A stretch of 64,000 nucleotides of DNA from an uncultured Clostridia bacterium (GTDB lineage Bacteria > Acidobacteriota > Blastocatellia > Chloracidobacteriales > JADJPF01): the NCBI GenBank assembly GCA_964492845.1, contig CAZBMZ010000023.1, positions 34,530 through 98,529 on the forward strand, given 5' to 3'. Both the position numbers and the translations under genes were made by a program. Of the stretch, positions 28,669 to 37,865 are shown one piece after another. Under the pieces are notes generated by a model. That model had not been told where the DNA came from. It was given only the letters and a program-made list of their open reading frames with translations, and ran no database searches. Every line of letters starts with the position of its first letter. Position 1 is the stretch's first letter.

Positions 28669-29337
28669 ATGGCACATTGGGAAAATCGACCTGAAGAAGG
28701 TTGGCAAAAATTTCAATTTAACCAACCTTATGAAAAAGGCTTAAAACGTCTAAAAGAGGACGTTTTAGCTAAAACTGACTTTGACCCTGCAACGCTTTGG
28801 CAATGGGGAACAATGCAGGCAATGGCAATTATTGAAATCCTCAAAGATTGCGAAGAAAAATTTGGTGTAGAAGGACAAAAATTAGTTTGTAACGCACTGC
28901 ATAAAATAGGGTTAGATGTTGGCCGACAAATCCTAAAAAACACTAAAAAAGATGAAAATACATCTGAATCAGAGTTTATTAGCTTCTACGCTACTGTAAT
29001 TAACCGAATCGTCTATGCTTCCTTAGAAGCACCTAAAATAGATCATACTGAGCAAGTTAGTTTTGATATTTTATGGTGTCCTCATCAAGATCATTATCAA
29101 GCCTTTGATTGCCGAGTCCAACGCTACTTGGTTCAAGGTATGTTAGAAGCACTTAAAGAATTTGGAGTAGCAGAAAACTTTCAAGTTAAATTTGATACAA
29201 CAATACCTGCTGGTGCGCCAACTTGTCATTTTACTATTTGGAAAACCGATCAAGCTTCGGGTCAGGCTTGGAAAGAATACACTGATCTAATAGAGTTAAA
29301 AGCTTTACAAATAGCTAGCAAAAATAAATCTAAATAG
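28669..29337 (+). CDS. Hypothetical Cys/His-containing protein (possibly related to L-2-amino-thiazoline-4-carboxylate hydrolase-like proteins, uncertain)
   Basis: 222-aa ORF. 'ILWCPHQDHYQAFDCRVQRY' and 'PTCHF' suggest a metal or redox site. I have no firm family assignment. Confidence 0.45.
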   Translation: MAHWENRPEEGWQKFQFNQPYEKGLKRLKEDVLAKTDFDPATLWQWGTMQAMAIIEILKDCEEKFGVEGQKLVCNALHKIGLDVGRQILKNTKKDENTSESEFISFYATVINRIVYASLEAPKIDHTEQVSFDILWCPHQDHYQAFDCRVQRYLVQGMLEALKEFGVAENFQVKFDTTIPAGAPTCHFTIWKTDQASGQAWKEYTDLIELKALQIASKNKSK

Positions 29338-29355
29338 TAAATTTGAGGATAATTT

Positions 29356-30327
29356 ATGCCTAAAGCTTTTGTTACTGGTGGTTCTGGCTTTGTTGGCCGT
29401 AGTTTAATAAAAATGTTAGTTAGCCGTTCTTGGGAAGTTAATGCCTTGGTTCGCTCTGAAAAATCAGCCGATACAGTAAAAAAACTTGGAGCAACCGCTA
29501 TAACAGGCGATCTTGACAATAAAACAGCAATGCGCGACGGGATGCAGGGCTGTCAAGCTGTGTTTCACTCTGGCGCATATGTTGGGGACTGGGGAAAATA
29601 TGAAGATTTCTACAAAGATAATGTTTTAGGAACAGAAAACACCCTAGCCGCTGCACTTGAAGCTAAAGTAGCAAAATTTGTTCATGTAGGGACAGAGGCT
29701 GTTTTAGTTGGAGGCCCACCTATAATAAATGTTGATGAATCGCGCCCAAAACCAGCAAAACCCCTTGGATTGTATCCTCTTACTAAAGCAATGGCAGAGG
29801 ATCGAGTAATAGCAGCAAATTCCCCTACCTTAACAACTGTAGTAATGCGCCCTAGATTTATTTGGGGAAAAGACGATACAACTATACTTCCTAGACTAGT
29901 TAAATCCGTCCAAGATGGTCAATTTAGTTGGATAGCTGAAGGAAAATATTTAACTTCTACTTGTCATGTTAGAAATGTGTGCGAAGGGATGATCTTAGCA
30001 GCAGAACGCGGACGAGGTGGAGAAATTTATTTTTTAACAGATGGAAAACCTATTGAAGTCCGTGAATTTTTTACTAAATTATTGCAAACTCAAGGCTTAG
30101 ATCCTGGCAATAAAAATCTACCTCGCTGGTTAGCTAAAATTATTGCTTCAGGAATTGAAGCTTTTTGGAAGTTTTCACATATGCAAATGGAGCCACCCAT
30201 AACCCGAACAGCACTTAAATTAATGGGTGAAGAAGTAACGGTAAATGATAGCAAAGCCCGCCGTGAACTTGGCTACAATAGCCCTGTAACAATTGAAGCA
30301 GGACTAGCAGAAATGAAACAGCAATAA
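29356..30327 (+). CDS. NAD(P)-dependent epimerase/dehydratase, 3-beta-hydroxysteroid dehydrogenase-like (SDR extended family)
   Basis: Rossmann motif 'VTGGSGFVGRSL'. Catalytic 'YPLTK' (YxxxK). Confidence 0.8.
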   Translation: MPKAFVTGGSGFVGRSLIKMLVSRSWEVNALVRSEKSADTVKKLGATAITGDLDNKTAMRDGMQGCQAVFHSGAYVGDWGKYEDFYKDNVLGTENTLAAALEAKVAKFVHVGTEAVLVGGPPIINVDESRPKPAKPLGLYPLTKAMAEDRVIAANSPTLTTVVMRPRFIWGKDDTTILPRLVKSVQDGQFSWIAEGKYLTSTCHVRNVCEGMILAAERGRGGEIYFLTDGKPIEVREFFTKLLQTQGLDPGNKNLPRWLAKIIASGIEAFWKFSHMQMEPPITRTALKLMGEEVTVNDSKARRELGYNSPVTIEAGLAEMKQQ

Positions 30328-30341
30328 AACTAATAAAACTA

Positions 30342-31211
30342 ATGAATTTAAGTAGTTGGCAAGAAACAGGAAAAACTTTTCAATATCAAAACTACCAAAT
30401 CTTTTACCAAGATTCCGGTCAAGGTGATGTTTTAGTTTGTATTCATGGGTTTCCTACATCATCTTGGGATTGGAATCACCTTTGGCCCGAGCTAACTGCA
30501 AAATTTAGGGTTATTGCTCCTGATATGATTGGATTTGGCTTTTCAGATAAACCATATAATTATAATTACTCAATAAATGACCAAGCTACTTTACATGAAA
30601 CTTTACTGCAAAGTTTGAAAATAAACTCAATCCGCATTTTAGCCCATGATTATGGCGATACAGTAGCACAAGAATTACTGGCCCGTTATGAAGATAGAAA
30701 AAATCAAAAAATCACTGGAATAGAAATTAAATCCGTTTGTTTTCTTAATGGTGGGTTATTTCCTGAAACTCATCGTCCTCGCTTAATACAAAAATTATTA
30801 ATTAGTCCAATAGGTTTTTTAATTCCCTACTTAATGAGCCAAAAAAAATTTAATCAAACCTTTAGAAATATATTTGGTAAAGATACTCCACCTTCAGATA
30901 AAGAATTAAATGAATTTTGGCAAATAGTTACTAGTAAAAATGGTTTGAAAATCTCTCATAAGCTTATTTGCTATATGACAGAACGTAAGCAATACCGTGA
31001 TCGCTGGGTAGGAGTTTTACAAACTACTAAAGTACCTATTAGGCTTATTAATGGTGGTGCTGATCCAATTTCAGGAGCGCATATGGTAGAGCGTTTTAAG
31101 CAGCTTGTTCCTAATCCCGATGTAGTGCTTTTACCAACAATCGGCCATTATCCACAAGTAGAAGACCCTAAGAGTGTCTGGAAGGCTTTAGAATCATTTT
31201 GGCAAATATGA
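30342..31211 (+). CDS. Alpha/beta-fold hydrolase (MEST / epoxide-hydrolase-like)
   Basis: '[13 protein letters not shown]', nucleophile elbow 'LAHDYGD', C-terminal 'GHYPQVEDP'. Confidence 0.8.
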   Translation: MNLSSWQETGKTFQYQNYQIFYQDSGQGDVLVCIHGFPTSSWDWNHLWPELTAKFRVIAPDMIGFGFSDKPYNYNYSINDQATLHETLLQSLKINSIRILAHDYGDTVAQELLARYEDRKNQKITGIEIKSVCFLNGGLFPETHRPRLIQKLLISPIGFLIPYLMSQKKFNQTFRNIFGKDTPPSDKELNEFWQIVTSKNGLKISHKLICYMTERKQYRDRWVGVLQTTKVPIRLINGGADPISGAHMVERFKQLVPNPDVVLLPTIGHYPQVEDPKSVWKALESFWQI

Positions 31212-31718
31212 TTTTTCTACAATTCTAAGTATTTGTTTATAATCACTTTGCCCAAAACAAGCTAGAATGACTTTTTCTATTAAATCATTTTTAGATAAAA
31301 ACTTTTGAATTTCTGTTATAGCAATTTTTGTAGCTCTATCTAATGGAAAACCATAAGCACCTGTACTAATAGCAGGAAAAGCAATTGTTTTAATTTGGTT
31401 TTCTACAGCTAGTTTTAAGCTATTGCGATAGCAACGCGCTAAAAACTCTTCTTCTTGATGAGTACCTCCGCGCCAAATCGGGCCTACAGTATGAATTACC
31501 CATTTAGCAGGCAATTTATAGCCTTTAGTGATTTTAGCATCTCCGGTTTCACATCCATTTAGCTTTCTACATTCCTCTAACAGTTCTGGCCCTGCTCCTT
31601 GATGAATTGCTCCATCTACTCCGCCACCGCCAAGCAAAGAGCGATTAGCAGCATTAACTATTGCATCTACAACTAGTTTAGCAATATTACCTTCAATAAC
31701 AGTAATTTTATTTATCAT
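31194..31718 (-). CDS. Macro-domain protein (O-acetyl-ADP-ribose deacetylase, YmdB-like)
   Basis: '[29 protein letters not shown]', 'VIHTVGPIW', '[14 protein letters not shown]'. Confidence 0.85.
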   Translation of the reverse strand: MINKITVIEGNIAKLVVDAIVNAANRSLLGGGGVDGAIHQGAGPELLEECRKLNGCETGDAKITKGYKLPAKWVIHTVGPIWRGGTHQEEEFLARCYRNSLKLAVENQIKTIAFPAISTGAYGFPLDRATKIAITEIQKFLSKNDLIEKVILACFGQSDYKQILRIVEKSYLPK

Positions 31719-31845
31719 AGTAAGTGTAATAAATCTTAAGTAGTCAACAAATTTTCCAGCTTTAATTTCTTTCTTTAATTAAAGCAAAGTAGAATAACGC
31801 CTGCAAATAGTATGGGTTAAAAAATATATTCTAGAAAGAAGGTTT

Positions 31846-32298
31846 ATGAAAGAGATCTCATTAGTTTGTGATGGTTGTAGCCTAGGTAATTCTAATTATC
31901 AAGCAGGTGAAAGCCGAGCAGCAGCAGTAGCAATTTTGACATATAAAGAAGTGCAAAAGATTTTTGGTGAATATTTAGGAAATGCTAGTAATCAGCAAGC
32001 AGAAATTGTTGCCGTTTGTATAGGTTTAGAACAACTACGCGAACCTTGCAAGGTGACAGTAGTTTCTGATTCACAATATGTAATTAAAACTATGACAGGA
32101 GAATTTCGTAAGAAAGCAAATTTTGATTTTTGGGACAGGCTTAATAAAGCTTGTCAAAAGCATCAAATCACTTGGACTTGGACAAGAGGACACGCTGGAC
32201 ATCAATTACAAGAATGTTGTGACCGTGCAGCTAAATTAATTGCATCAACAGGAAAAGTAACTCAAGCTGATTTAGATAAAATCTTATCTGAACAATAA
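31846..32298 (+). CDS. rnhA: Ribonuclease HI
   Basis: 'CDGCSLGN' (Asp), 'NQQAEIVAV' (Glu), 'VVSDSQYV' (Asp), 'WTRGHAGHQLQECCDRAAK' (Asp). Confidence 0.8.
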   Translation: MKEISLVCDGCSLGNSNYQAGESRAAAVAILTYKEVQKIFGEYLGNASNQQAEIVAVCIGLEQLREPCKVTVVSDSQYVIKTMTGEFRKKANFDFWDRLNKACQKHQITWTWTRGHAGHQLQECCDRAAKLIASTGKVTQADLDKILSEQ

Positions 32299-32325
32299 CT
32301 ATTTGATTTTTCAATAAGTTAAAAT

Positions 32326-32415
32326 TTACTTGATTAAAAAGGCAATAACAATCCAAAATAAAACAAAGGCTATTAAAACGCTGATATTTCTCATTTGTGC
32401 TGAAGGCTCTATCAT
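32326..32415 (-). CDS. Candidate 29-aa single-TM small protein, absent from the ORF track
   Basis: Translation MIEPSAQMRNISVLIAFVLFWIVIAFLIK. A GGGGA lies 7 nt upstream of the ATG. The hydrophobic core is about 18 aa. The only evidence is ORF, RBS and hydrophobicity. Confidence 0.25.
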   Translation of the reverse strand: MIEPSAQMRNISVLIAFVLFWIVIAFLIK

Positions 32416-32470
32416 ATTTTTATCCCCATTAAAGAAGCTATTTAGTAGTTTGTAGAGCCTTTAGGCAATG

Positions 32471-32513
32471 TTTATGCCAGATTTACAAAATTTTTATGCC
32501 AGGTTTATCAAAA
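32471..32513. promoter_or_regulatory. Two direct repeats, TTTATGCCAGATTTACAAAA and TTTATGCCAGGTTTATCAAAA, with starts 22 bp apart. Candidate transcription-factor site.
   Basis: Copies at 32471-32490 and 32493-32513. They lie about 140 bp upstream of the dehydratase gene and about 60 bp upstream of the candidate small ORF on the other strand. Confidence 0.4.
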
Positions 32514-32650
32514 AACTCTATCTACTTCCTAAACAATAACTTTTCGTCCGCCATTAATTTTTATTTATCATTTTTTGCTTTAAGCTCTATCCCATTTAGT
32601 GTAAATGCAATACCAAATGGAAAATTGATAATTAAGGACTGTCCTAAAAA

Positions 32651-33661
32651 ATGAAAAACCAAGTTAAAAGTATAAATTTTAAGACAATAGAAAAAACAGC
32701 CAAAAATATTAAAAACCTTGTATTAAAAACTCCTTGTATTAAAAATTATTGGCTAACTGACCTAGTAAATTTAGCTACTGATAAAAACTCTTCAAATATT
32801 TATATTAAGTGGGAAAACCAACAACTTACAGGCTCTTTTAAGCTTAGAGGGGCATTTAATAAATTATTAAGGCTTAAAAAATTAGGAATAAAAGAAGTTT
32901 TGGGGGTTTCAGCAGGTAATCATGGCCTTGGAATGGCTTATGCTGCTTCTAAGTTGGGTATGCAGTCAACTATTGTTGTACCAAAAACTGCTGTAGCAAC
33001 AAAAATAGCAGGAATTAAACGTTTTGGAGCTAATTTAATAATTGAAGGCGAGGATTATGACAGGGCAGAAATAATTGCTCGTCAAATGGCAAAAGAAAGA
33101 AAAATAGAATTTGTTTCGCCCTACAATGATTTAGAAATTATTGCTGGTCAAGCTACCGTAGCCGTAGAAATGCTTAAAGAACATTCTTTTGATTTGCTGC
33201 TTGTTCCAGTTGGAGGCGGAGGACTCTTAGCTGGTTGTGCCATAGTTGGAGCAAAATATAAAGTAGCCGTTATTGGAGTACAGCCAGCTAATTCAACAGC
33301 TATGCAAAGCTCTTTTCAAGCAGGTGAAATTGTTAAAGTAACAGAGTTACCAACCATTGCCGATGGGCTATCAGGAAATTTAGAAGATAATACTTGCACT
33401 TTCCCAATTATCAAAAAATATGCTAAAGACATTGTTACAGTTACAGAAGAAGAGATTGAGCAAACAATTTTTAATTTTCTCCTAAATGATCACCAGATAA
33501 TAGAAGGCTCTGGAGCCGTTGCCGCTGCTGCACTACTAGCAAATAAAGTAGATTTTGCAAAATATAAAAATATTGGTGTTATTGTTTCAGGAGGAAATAT
33601 TGACTTAAGTAAAACTAAAGGAATAATTGATAAGTATTTAACTAAGCAACCTATAGCTTAA
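32651..33661 (+). CDS. PLP-dependent threonine/serine dehydratase (catabolic type, no ACT domain)
   Basis: PLP lysine motif 'GSFKLRGA', 'SAGNHG', 'PVGGGGLLAG'. Length 336 aa. Confidence 0.8.
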   Translation: MKNQVKSINFKTIEKTAKNIKNLVLKTPCIKNYWLTDLVNLATDKNSSNIYIKWENQQLTGSFKLRGAFNKLLRLKKLGIKEVLGVSAGNHGLGMAYAASKLGMQSTIVVPKTAVATKIAGIKRFGANLIIEGEDYDRAEIIARQMAKERKIEFVSPYNDLEIIAGQATVAVEMLKEHSFDLLLVPVGGGGLLAGCAIVGAKYKVAVIGVQPANSTAMQSSFQAGEIVKVTELPTIADGLSGNLEDNTCTFPIIKKYAKDIVTVTEEEIEQTIFNFLLNDHQIIEGSGAVAAAALLANKVDFAKYKNIGVIVSGGNIDLSKTKGIIDKYLTKQPIA

Positions 33662-33703
33662 GCAGTATATCGTTATTAATATAGCTTAAGAATCAAATTT
33701 TAA

Positions 33704-34735
33704 TTATGTATTTAATTTAAGTATTGGCTTTATTTCCCCTACATGCAAACCGCGATGGTTTGTTATTGGTGGCAAATACTTAGCCTTTAAGCTCTCCATA
33801 TTTGAACTAGATAAAATGCCTAGTTGCTCAACAGTAGCTAAAATAGCTGCATTACGCGCTCGTCCAATGTCTCCATCTTCAATTTTAATTGCAATACCTA
33901 GCCCATCAGGATATTTTTCACTAGGCAATAGTCCAATTGTATAAACACCTTCCGCACCTGCTTTAGCAACTAGTTGACCAGGCAAAGCACGCATTAAATC
34001 CGTGTCAATTCTATCTGTGTCAGACGCTACCATTTCAGGAAATTCTAACATCGCGCTAGTTATTAGATTTGCTGCCTTTTGCAACTGTGGACTTAAATTT
34101 TCTGGATTTACTAAACGAGCATAAATCAAAGCCATGTGTCTAACGCTAATGGCAAAAGTAGCAGCACTACAACCATCAATTGCCATAATTAAATCTTGGC
34201 GACTAATTCCAGCAAATTCAGCAACAACATTAGCTATAGCTTGTTGAATAGGATGTTCTACCTTGTAATAATCCTCTAAGCTATATTTTCCAACAATTGC
34301 ACTAGCTAACATTCCAGCATGTTTGCCAGAGCAATTATTATGTAGCTCATTTACTTGTTTTCCTAAATTTTTAGCAGCCGTGTGGCTAAAAGGCTTATGA
34401 ACGCCACAACATAAAGCTGTATAAGGTAAATTAATTTTAGCTAAAATACTAGCGGCACAATCAGCATGATAAGGCTCTCCGTTATGAGAGCCAGCCATTA
34501 AAGCTAATTCAGCTTTGGTAAAGCCAAAACGCTCGCTAGCACCACTTAAAATAACAGAAATTGCTTGATGAGGTTTAGCAGAAGACCTTAAGTAAGTAAT
34601 AAAATTTATGTCTCCTAATGAGCTAACTAACTCATTTTTAGCATTAACAATTGCAATCATTCCTCTATGGCGGGATTCAACAATACTACCCCTAGTTATT
34701 TCAACTAATACTGCTGATTCATTACTATTAACCAA
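33704..34735 (-). CDS. Asparaginase II family protein
   Basis: 'VEITRGSIVESRHRG', 'RSSAKPHQA', 'GSHNGE', 'NCSGKHAGML', 'DGCS' match the L-asparaginase II (PF06089-type) pattern as I remember it. Confidence 0.75.
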   Translation of the reverse strand: MVNSNESAVLVEITRGSIVESRHRGMIAIVNAKNELVSSLGDINFITYLRSSAKPHQAISVILSGASERFGFTKAELALMAGSHNGEPYHADCAASILAKINLPYTALCCGVHKPFSHTAAKNLGKQVNELHNNCSGKHAGMLASAIVGKYSLEDYYKVEHPIQQAIANVVAEFAGISRQDLIMAIDGCSAATFAISVRHMALIYARLVNPENLSPQLQKAANLITSAMLEFPEMVASDTDRIDTDLMRALPGQLVAKAGAEGVYTIGLLPSEKYPDGLGIAIKIEDGDIGRARNAAILATVEQLGILSSSNMESLKAKYLPPITNHRGLHVGEIKPILKLNT

Positions 34736-34776
34736 GATTTTATACCTACTTTAATTTAATTAATGCCTTGCTTTAA

Positions 34777-34830
34777 AGCCTTGCCCTAAAGGACAAGGCT
34801 ATTATCAGATGCCCCTACAGGGCATTGATA
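34777..34830 (-). terminator. Two adjacent stem-loops downstream of the Ser/Thr kinase gene (candidate terminator or REP-like pair)
   Basis: Hairpin A at 34803-34830: TATCA(G)ATGCCC / GGGCATTGATA. Hairpin B at 34777-34800: AGCCTTGCCC / GGACAAGGCT with one mismatch and loop TAAA. On the minus strand hairpin B is followed by TTTAAA. Confidence 0.4.
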
Positions 34831-34882
34831 GCCATTTATTTTCAATAATTTATAAAACAAATTCTATTTTATATATATTTAA

Positions 34883-37699
34883 TTATGGAACAGGAACTAA
34901 ATCATTATTTTGATTTAACTCTAAAGGCCCTATTAGTTCAATGCTATATTCTTTAATACTTCTAGGATATGTATTAGTAATACGCATTAATATATTTTGC
35001 TTTTCTTTAACCAATAAAGTTATACTTTTTTCTGCAACTGTATTACTAGTACTATTTATAGAAAAAGCTATACTCTTATCTATGTAAGCTATAGGATTAT
35101 TATCTTTATCAAAAAATTCAATAGTAATTGTGCTTCCATCAGACATTAGACCAAGTGTTAGGTCAATTTCTCCTGCTTCAGCAACAAAAGTATAATATAA
35201 ATCTTTTTCGCTACCTGTTTGAGCAGATATTTCATTGCTAGTTAAAGGTTGTGGGTTATCTCGGTCATTAAATAATTTAGACAAAGATTCAAAAGCCTTG
35301 TTAGCATTAGGATCAAGCTTAATAATTTGTACTGCTCCATCTAAACGTAGTCTGTATGCTTTTAGGTCTTTTGGATAGTTATTACTTATACGCATTAAAA
35401 TTGATTGGCTACGTTCGTTAATTAACGAAAAGCTCTTTTTTTCATGATGATCAGCAGTAGCAGCAAGGGAAAATTCAGTACTATTATTGTTAAATTTAAT
35501 AGGTTTATCCTGGTCATCAAAAGCTTGGATTGACAATGTGCTACCGTTAGAAATTAAGTCTAAAGAAAATTGTAGTTCTCCAGGTTGGACTCTAAAGCTA
35601 TAGTAAAGGTCTTTTTCGTTACCACGTTGAATTATCTCGTTGCTAGCTAAAACAATTGGGTTATCTCTATCATTAAATTCTTTTAAGAGCGAAGCAAAAG
35701 CCAGTTTTTCTTTGTCTTTGCTATATTTTATTGGGCCACTTAAAACTAAGCGATAAGCTCTTAACTCATTAGAATAACTATTAGAAATTCTCATTAAAAT
35801 TTTTTGTTTGCGTGTGTTATTTAGTAATGTGGTGGCTTTTTCATTATGGTAATAAGTAGCATACAAGGAAAAATCAGTATTATTAAAAAACGGGATTAAA
35901 TTAGAGTTTTCATCAAACAAATTAATTGTTACTCCTGAACCTCCAGCAATAACATTCAAAACCAATTTAATTTCACCAGATTCAGCTTCAAAACTATAGT
36001 ATAAATCTTTATTATTACCTCGATTGACTAATTGGTTGCTAGATAAGGGTGTTGGATTATCTCTAGCTTCAAATTCTTTTGCTAAGGCAGATAATTTATT
36101 AGCGTCACTAGCTTCTTTAGAAGCGACTAACTCTAAATTACCATCTATTTGCACTCGATAAGCTTTTAAGTCTTTAGGATAGTTATTAGAAAGTTTTAAG
36201 ATAAGTTTTTGTTTAGTAGAGTTAATAACTGTAGTATTCTTTTGCTCATTTTGATTAGAGCTTGCAGATAAAGATAATGTGCTACTAGGTAAAGGCTTAA
36301 GATCTTTATCTAGGATTTCTAAAGTAGCAGTTGCACCATTAGCAACTACATTAAGAGTTAGCTTAAGTTCTCCTGCTAAGGCTAAGACCTCATAATAACG
36401 AGGTTCATTTAGTCCATATCCTAAAATCATTTTTGCAGATAATGGAGTAGGTTTACGCTCATCTTTAGAAGCTAAAGAAACATCTGTTGCTTCGCTAGCT
36501 GAAAAATTAAGTTTATTAGGTTTATTTTTTGCCCAGAAAAAAAGCCCTGTTACTATTGCAGCAGCAAAAATAAAAATACTTACTATTGCTACTAAAAAAG
36601 GTAGTTTACTAGATTTTTCTGGTAAATTATTTGGCCTGTCTACTGGTGTTTGTACCGTATCATTAACTCTTGTAACTAATTGTGTTTGTTCTGCTTTAGG
36701 TTGTGGATTTGTACCAATGCTTGTTTCTGGTAAATCATTATTACCAGTTTTTACTAAAGTAGCAACACTATCATTTTCATCAAAAGGAACGGTTGTTATA
36801 GGTAAGGCTGGGGAAGTTTGAATTTTATTGCTTGAGTTATTTGCAGCAGATAAAACTGTCAGTAATTGGGGGTCTTGAGTCTTTTTTATTGCTTCGTTTA
36901 ATTCTTTTTTCATCATAGAAGCACTAGAAGGACGTTCATCTCTTTTCTGAGATAATGCCCTAGATAATACTTCTGAAATAGCTACTGGAATTTGTGGGCT
37001 AATTTCACAAGCTGGACGTAAAGGATCACTGTTGTCATTAAGTACGCTTAAGACCCTAGGCATTGCATCAGCAGGTTTTACACCTGTTAATAAATGATAA
37101 ATAGTTGCTGCTAAGGCATAAATATCACTTCGTTCATCTGTTCCTGTGCCTTCAATTTGTTCTATTGGGGCATAATGTGGTGTATAACCATAAACACTTG
37201 CATTTGTGTTACCTTGAGATTGACTTCCTTTTGCTAGACCAAAATCTAGCAAAATAATTTCGCCGCGTTCAGTTAGTTTTAGATTACTAGGTTTAATATC
37301 TCGGTGAATTATTGAAGGGTTTTGACTATGAAGGTAATCTAAAGCATCTAGTAAGCGCTCTGTCCAATTAAGTACATCAACTAGGGGAAAGATTTTCTTT
37401 TCTGATAGCAATTCCCCTAAGTCTTTACCATCAATATATTGCATTATCAAATATTGCCCGTCGCCTTCAAAAAAATAATCACTTACAACAGGCAAACTAG
37501 CATGTCTTAATTTTGCTAGAAGTTTAGCTTCACGTTCAAAAGCTTTATGTAAAGCTTCTTGGTTTACGATAGTTTCCTTAAGTGCTACAGTCACACCTAA
37601 TCTTTGGTCTTTAGCTTCATAAACTGCACCCATACCGCCTTGGCCTATTTTATGCACTATTAAATAACGGTTTTGCAGTACAGTTCCAACTGCTAGCAT
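34883..37699 (-). CDS. Transmembrane Ser/Thr protein kinase with four tandem extracytoplasmic beta-rich repeats of about 120 aa (PPC / pre-peptidase-C-terminal-like)
   Basis: Kinase motifs 'GQGGMGAVYEAKD', 'HRDIKPSNLKL', 'DFGLAK'. TM segment 'FLVAIVSIFIFAAAIVTGLFFWA'. Four repeats of 'NPxPLxSNxxxxxGxxKDLYYSFxxxxGExxLxLxxxxxGS...ILMRISNxYxxxLKAYRLxLxG'. Confidence 0.85.
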   Translation of the reverse strand: MLAVGTVLQNRYLIVHKIGQGGMGAVYEAKDQRLGVTVALKETIVNQEALHKAFEREAKLLAKLRHASLPVVSDYFFEGDGQYLIMQYIDGKDLGELLSEKKIFPLVDVLNWTERLLDALDYLHSQNPSIIHRDIKPSNLKLTERGEIILLDFGLAKGSQSQGNTNASVYGYTPHYAPIEQIEGTGTDERSDIYALAATIYHLLTGVKPADAMPRVLSVLNDNSDPLRPACEISPQIPVAISEVLSRALSQKRDERPSSASMMKKELNEAIKKTQDPQLLTVLSAANNSSNKIQTSPALPITTVPFDENDSVATLVKTGNNDLPETSIGTNPQPKAEQTQLVTRVNDTVQTPVDRPNNLPEKSSKLPFLVAIVSIFIFAAAIVTGLFFWAKNKPNKLNFSASEATDVSLASKDERKPTPLSAKMILGYGLNEPRYYEVLALAGELKLTLNVVANGATATLEILDKDLKPLPSSTLSLSASSNQNEQKNTTVINSTKQKLILKLSNNYPKDLKAYRVQIDGNLELVASKEASDANKLSALAKEFEARDNPTPLSSNQLVNRGNNKDLYYSFEAESGEIKLVLNVIAGGSGVTINLFDENSNLIPFFNNTDFSLYATYYHNEKATTLLNNTRKQKILMRISNSYSNELRAYRLVLSGPIKYSKDKEKLAFASLLKEFNDRDNPIVLASNEIIQRGNEKDLYYSFRVQPGELQFSLDLISNGSTLSIQAFDDQDKPIKFNNNSTEFSLAATADHHEKKSFSLINERSQSILMRISNNYPKDLKAYRLRLDGAVQIIKLDPNANKAFESLSKLFNDRDNPQPLTSNEISAQTGSEKDLYYTFVAEAGEIDLTLGLMSDGSTITIEFFDKDNNPIAYIDKSIAFSINSTSNTVAEKSITLLVKEKQNILMRITNTYPRSIKEYSIELIGPLELNQNNDLVPVP

Positions 37700-37804
37700 T
37701 AAAACATTGCTCCCTAGTAGATAGTAAGAAAATAAGCAATGATTATATTGATTAGTAGTAAGAAAGAAAACCCAGCACTACAGCACTATAGCTTATTTGC
37801 TAAA

Positions 37805-37833
37805 ATGGGGTTAATAAATTTTATTAATCCCAT
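37805..37833 (-). terminator. Candidate terminator of the NHL-repeat gene
   Basis: 13-bp stem ATGGGGTTAATAA / TTATTAATCCCAT with one G:T pair. A TTT follows on the minus strand. Confidence 0.45.
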
Positions 37834-37865
37834 AACTTGTGCTAGTTAATTGGTTTGAACGCCTC

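Noticed and set aside
31194-32298. Macro-domain gene considered as a DarG-like antitoxin, or as a defence pair with RNase HI
   Set aside because: No DarT (DUF4433) or other toxin ORF is adjacent. The protein is a 174-aa YmdB-type stand-alone macro domain, and the two genes are divergent rather than an operon.
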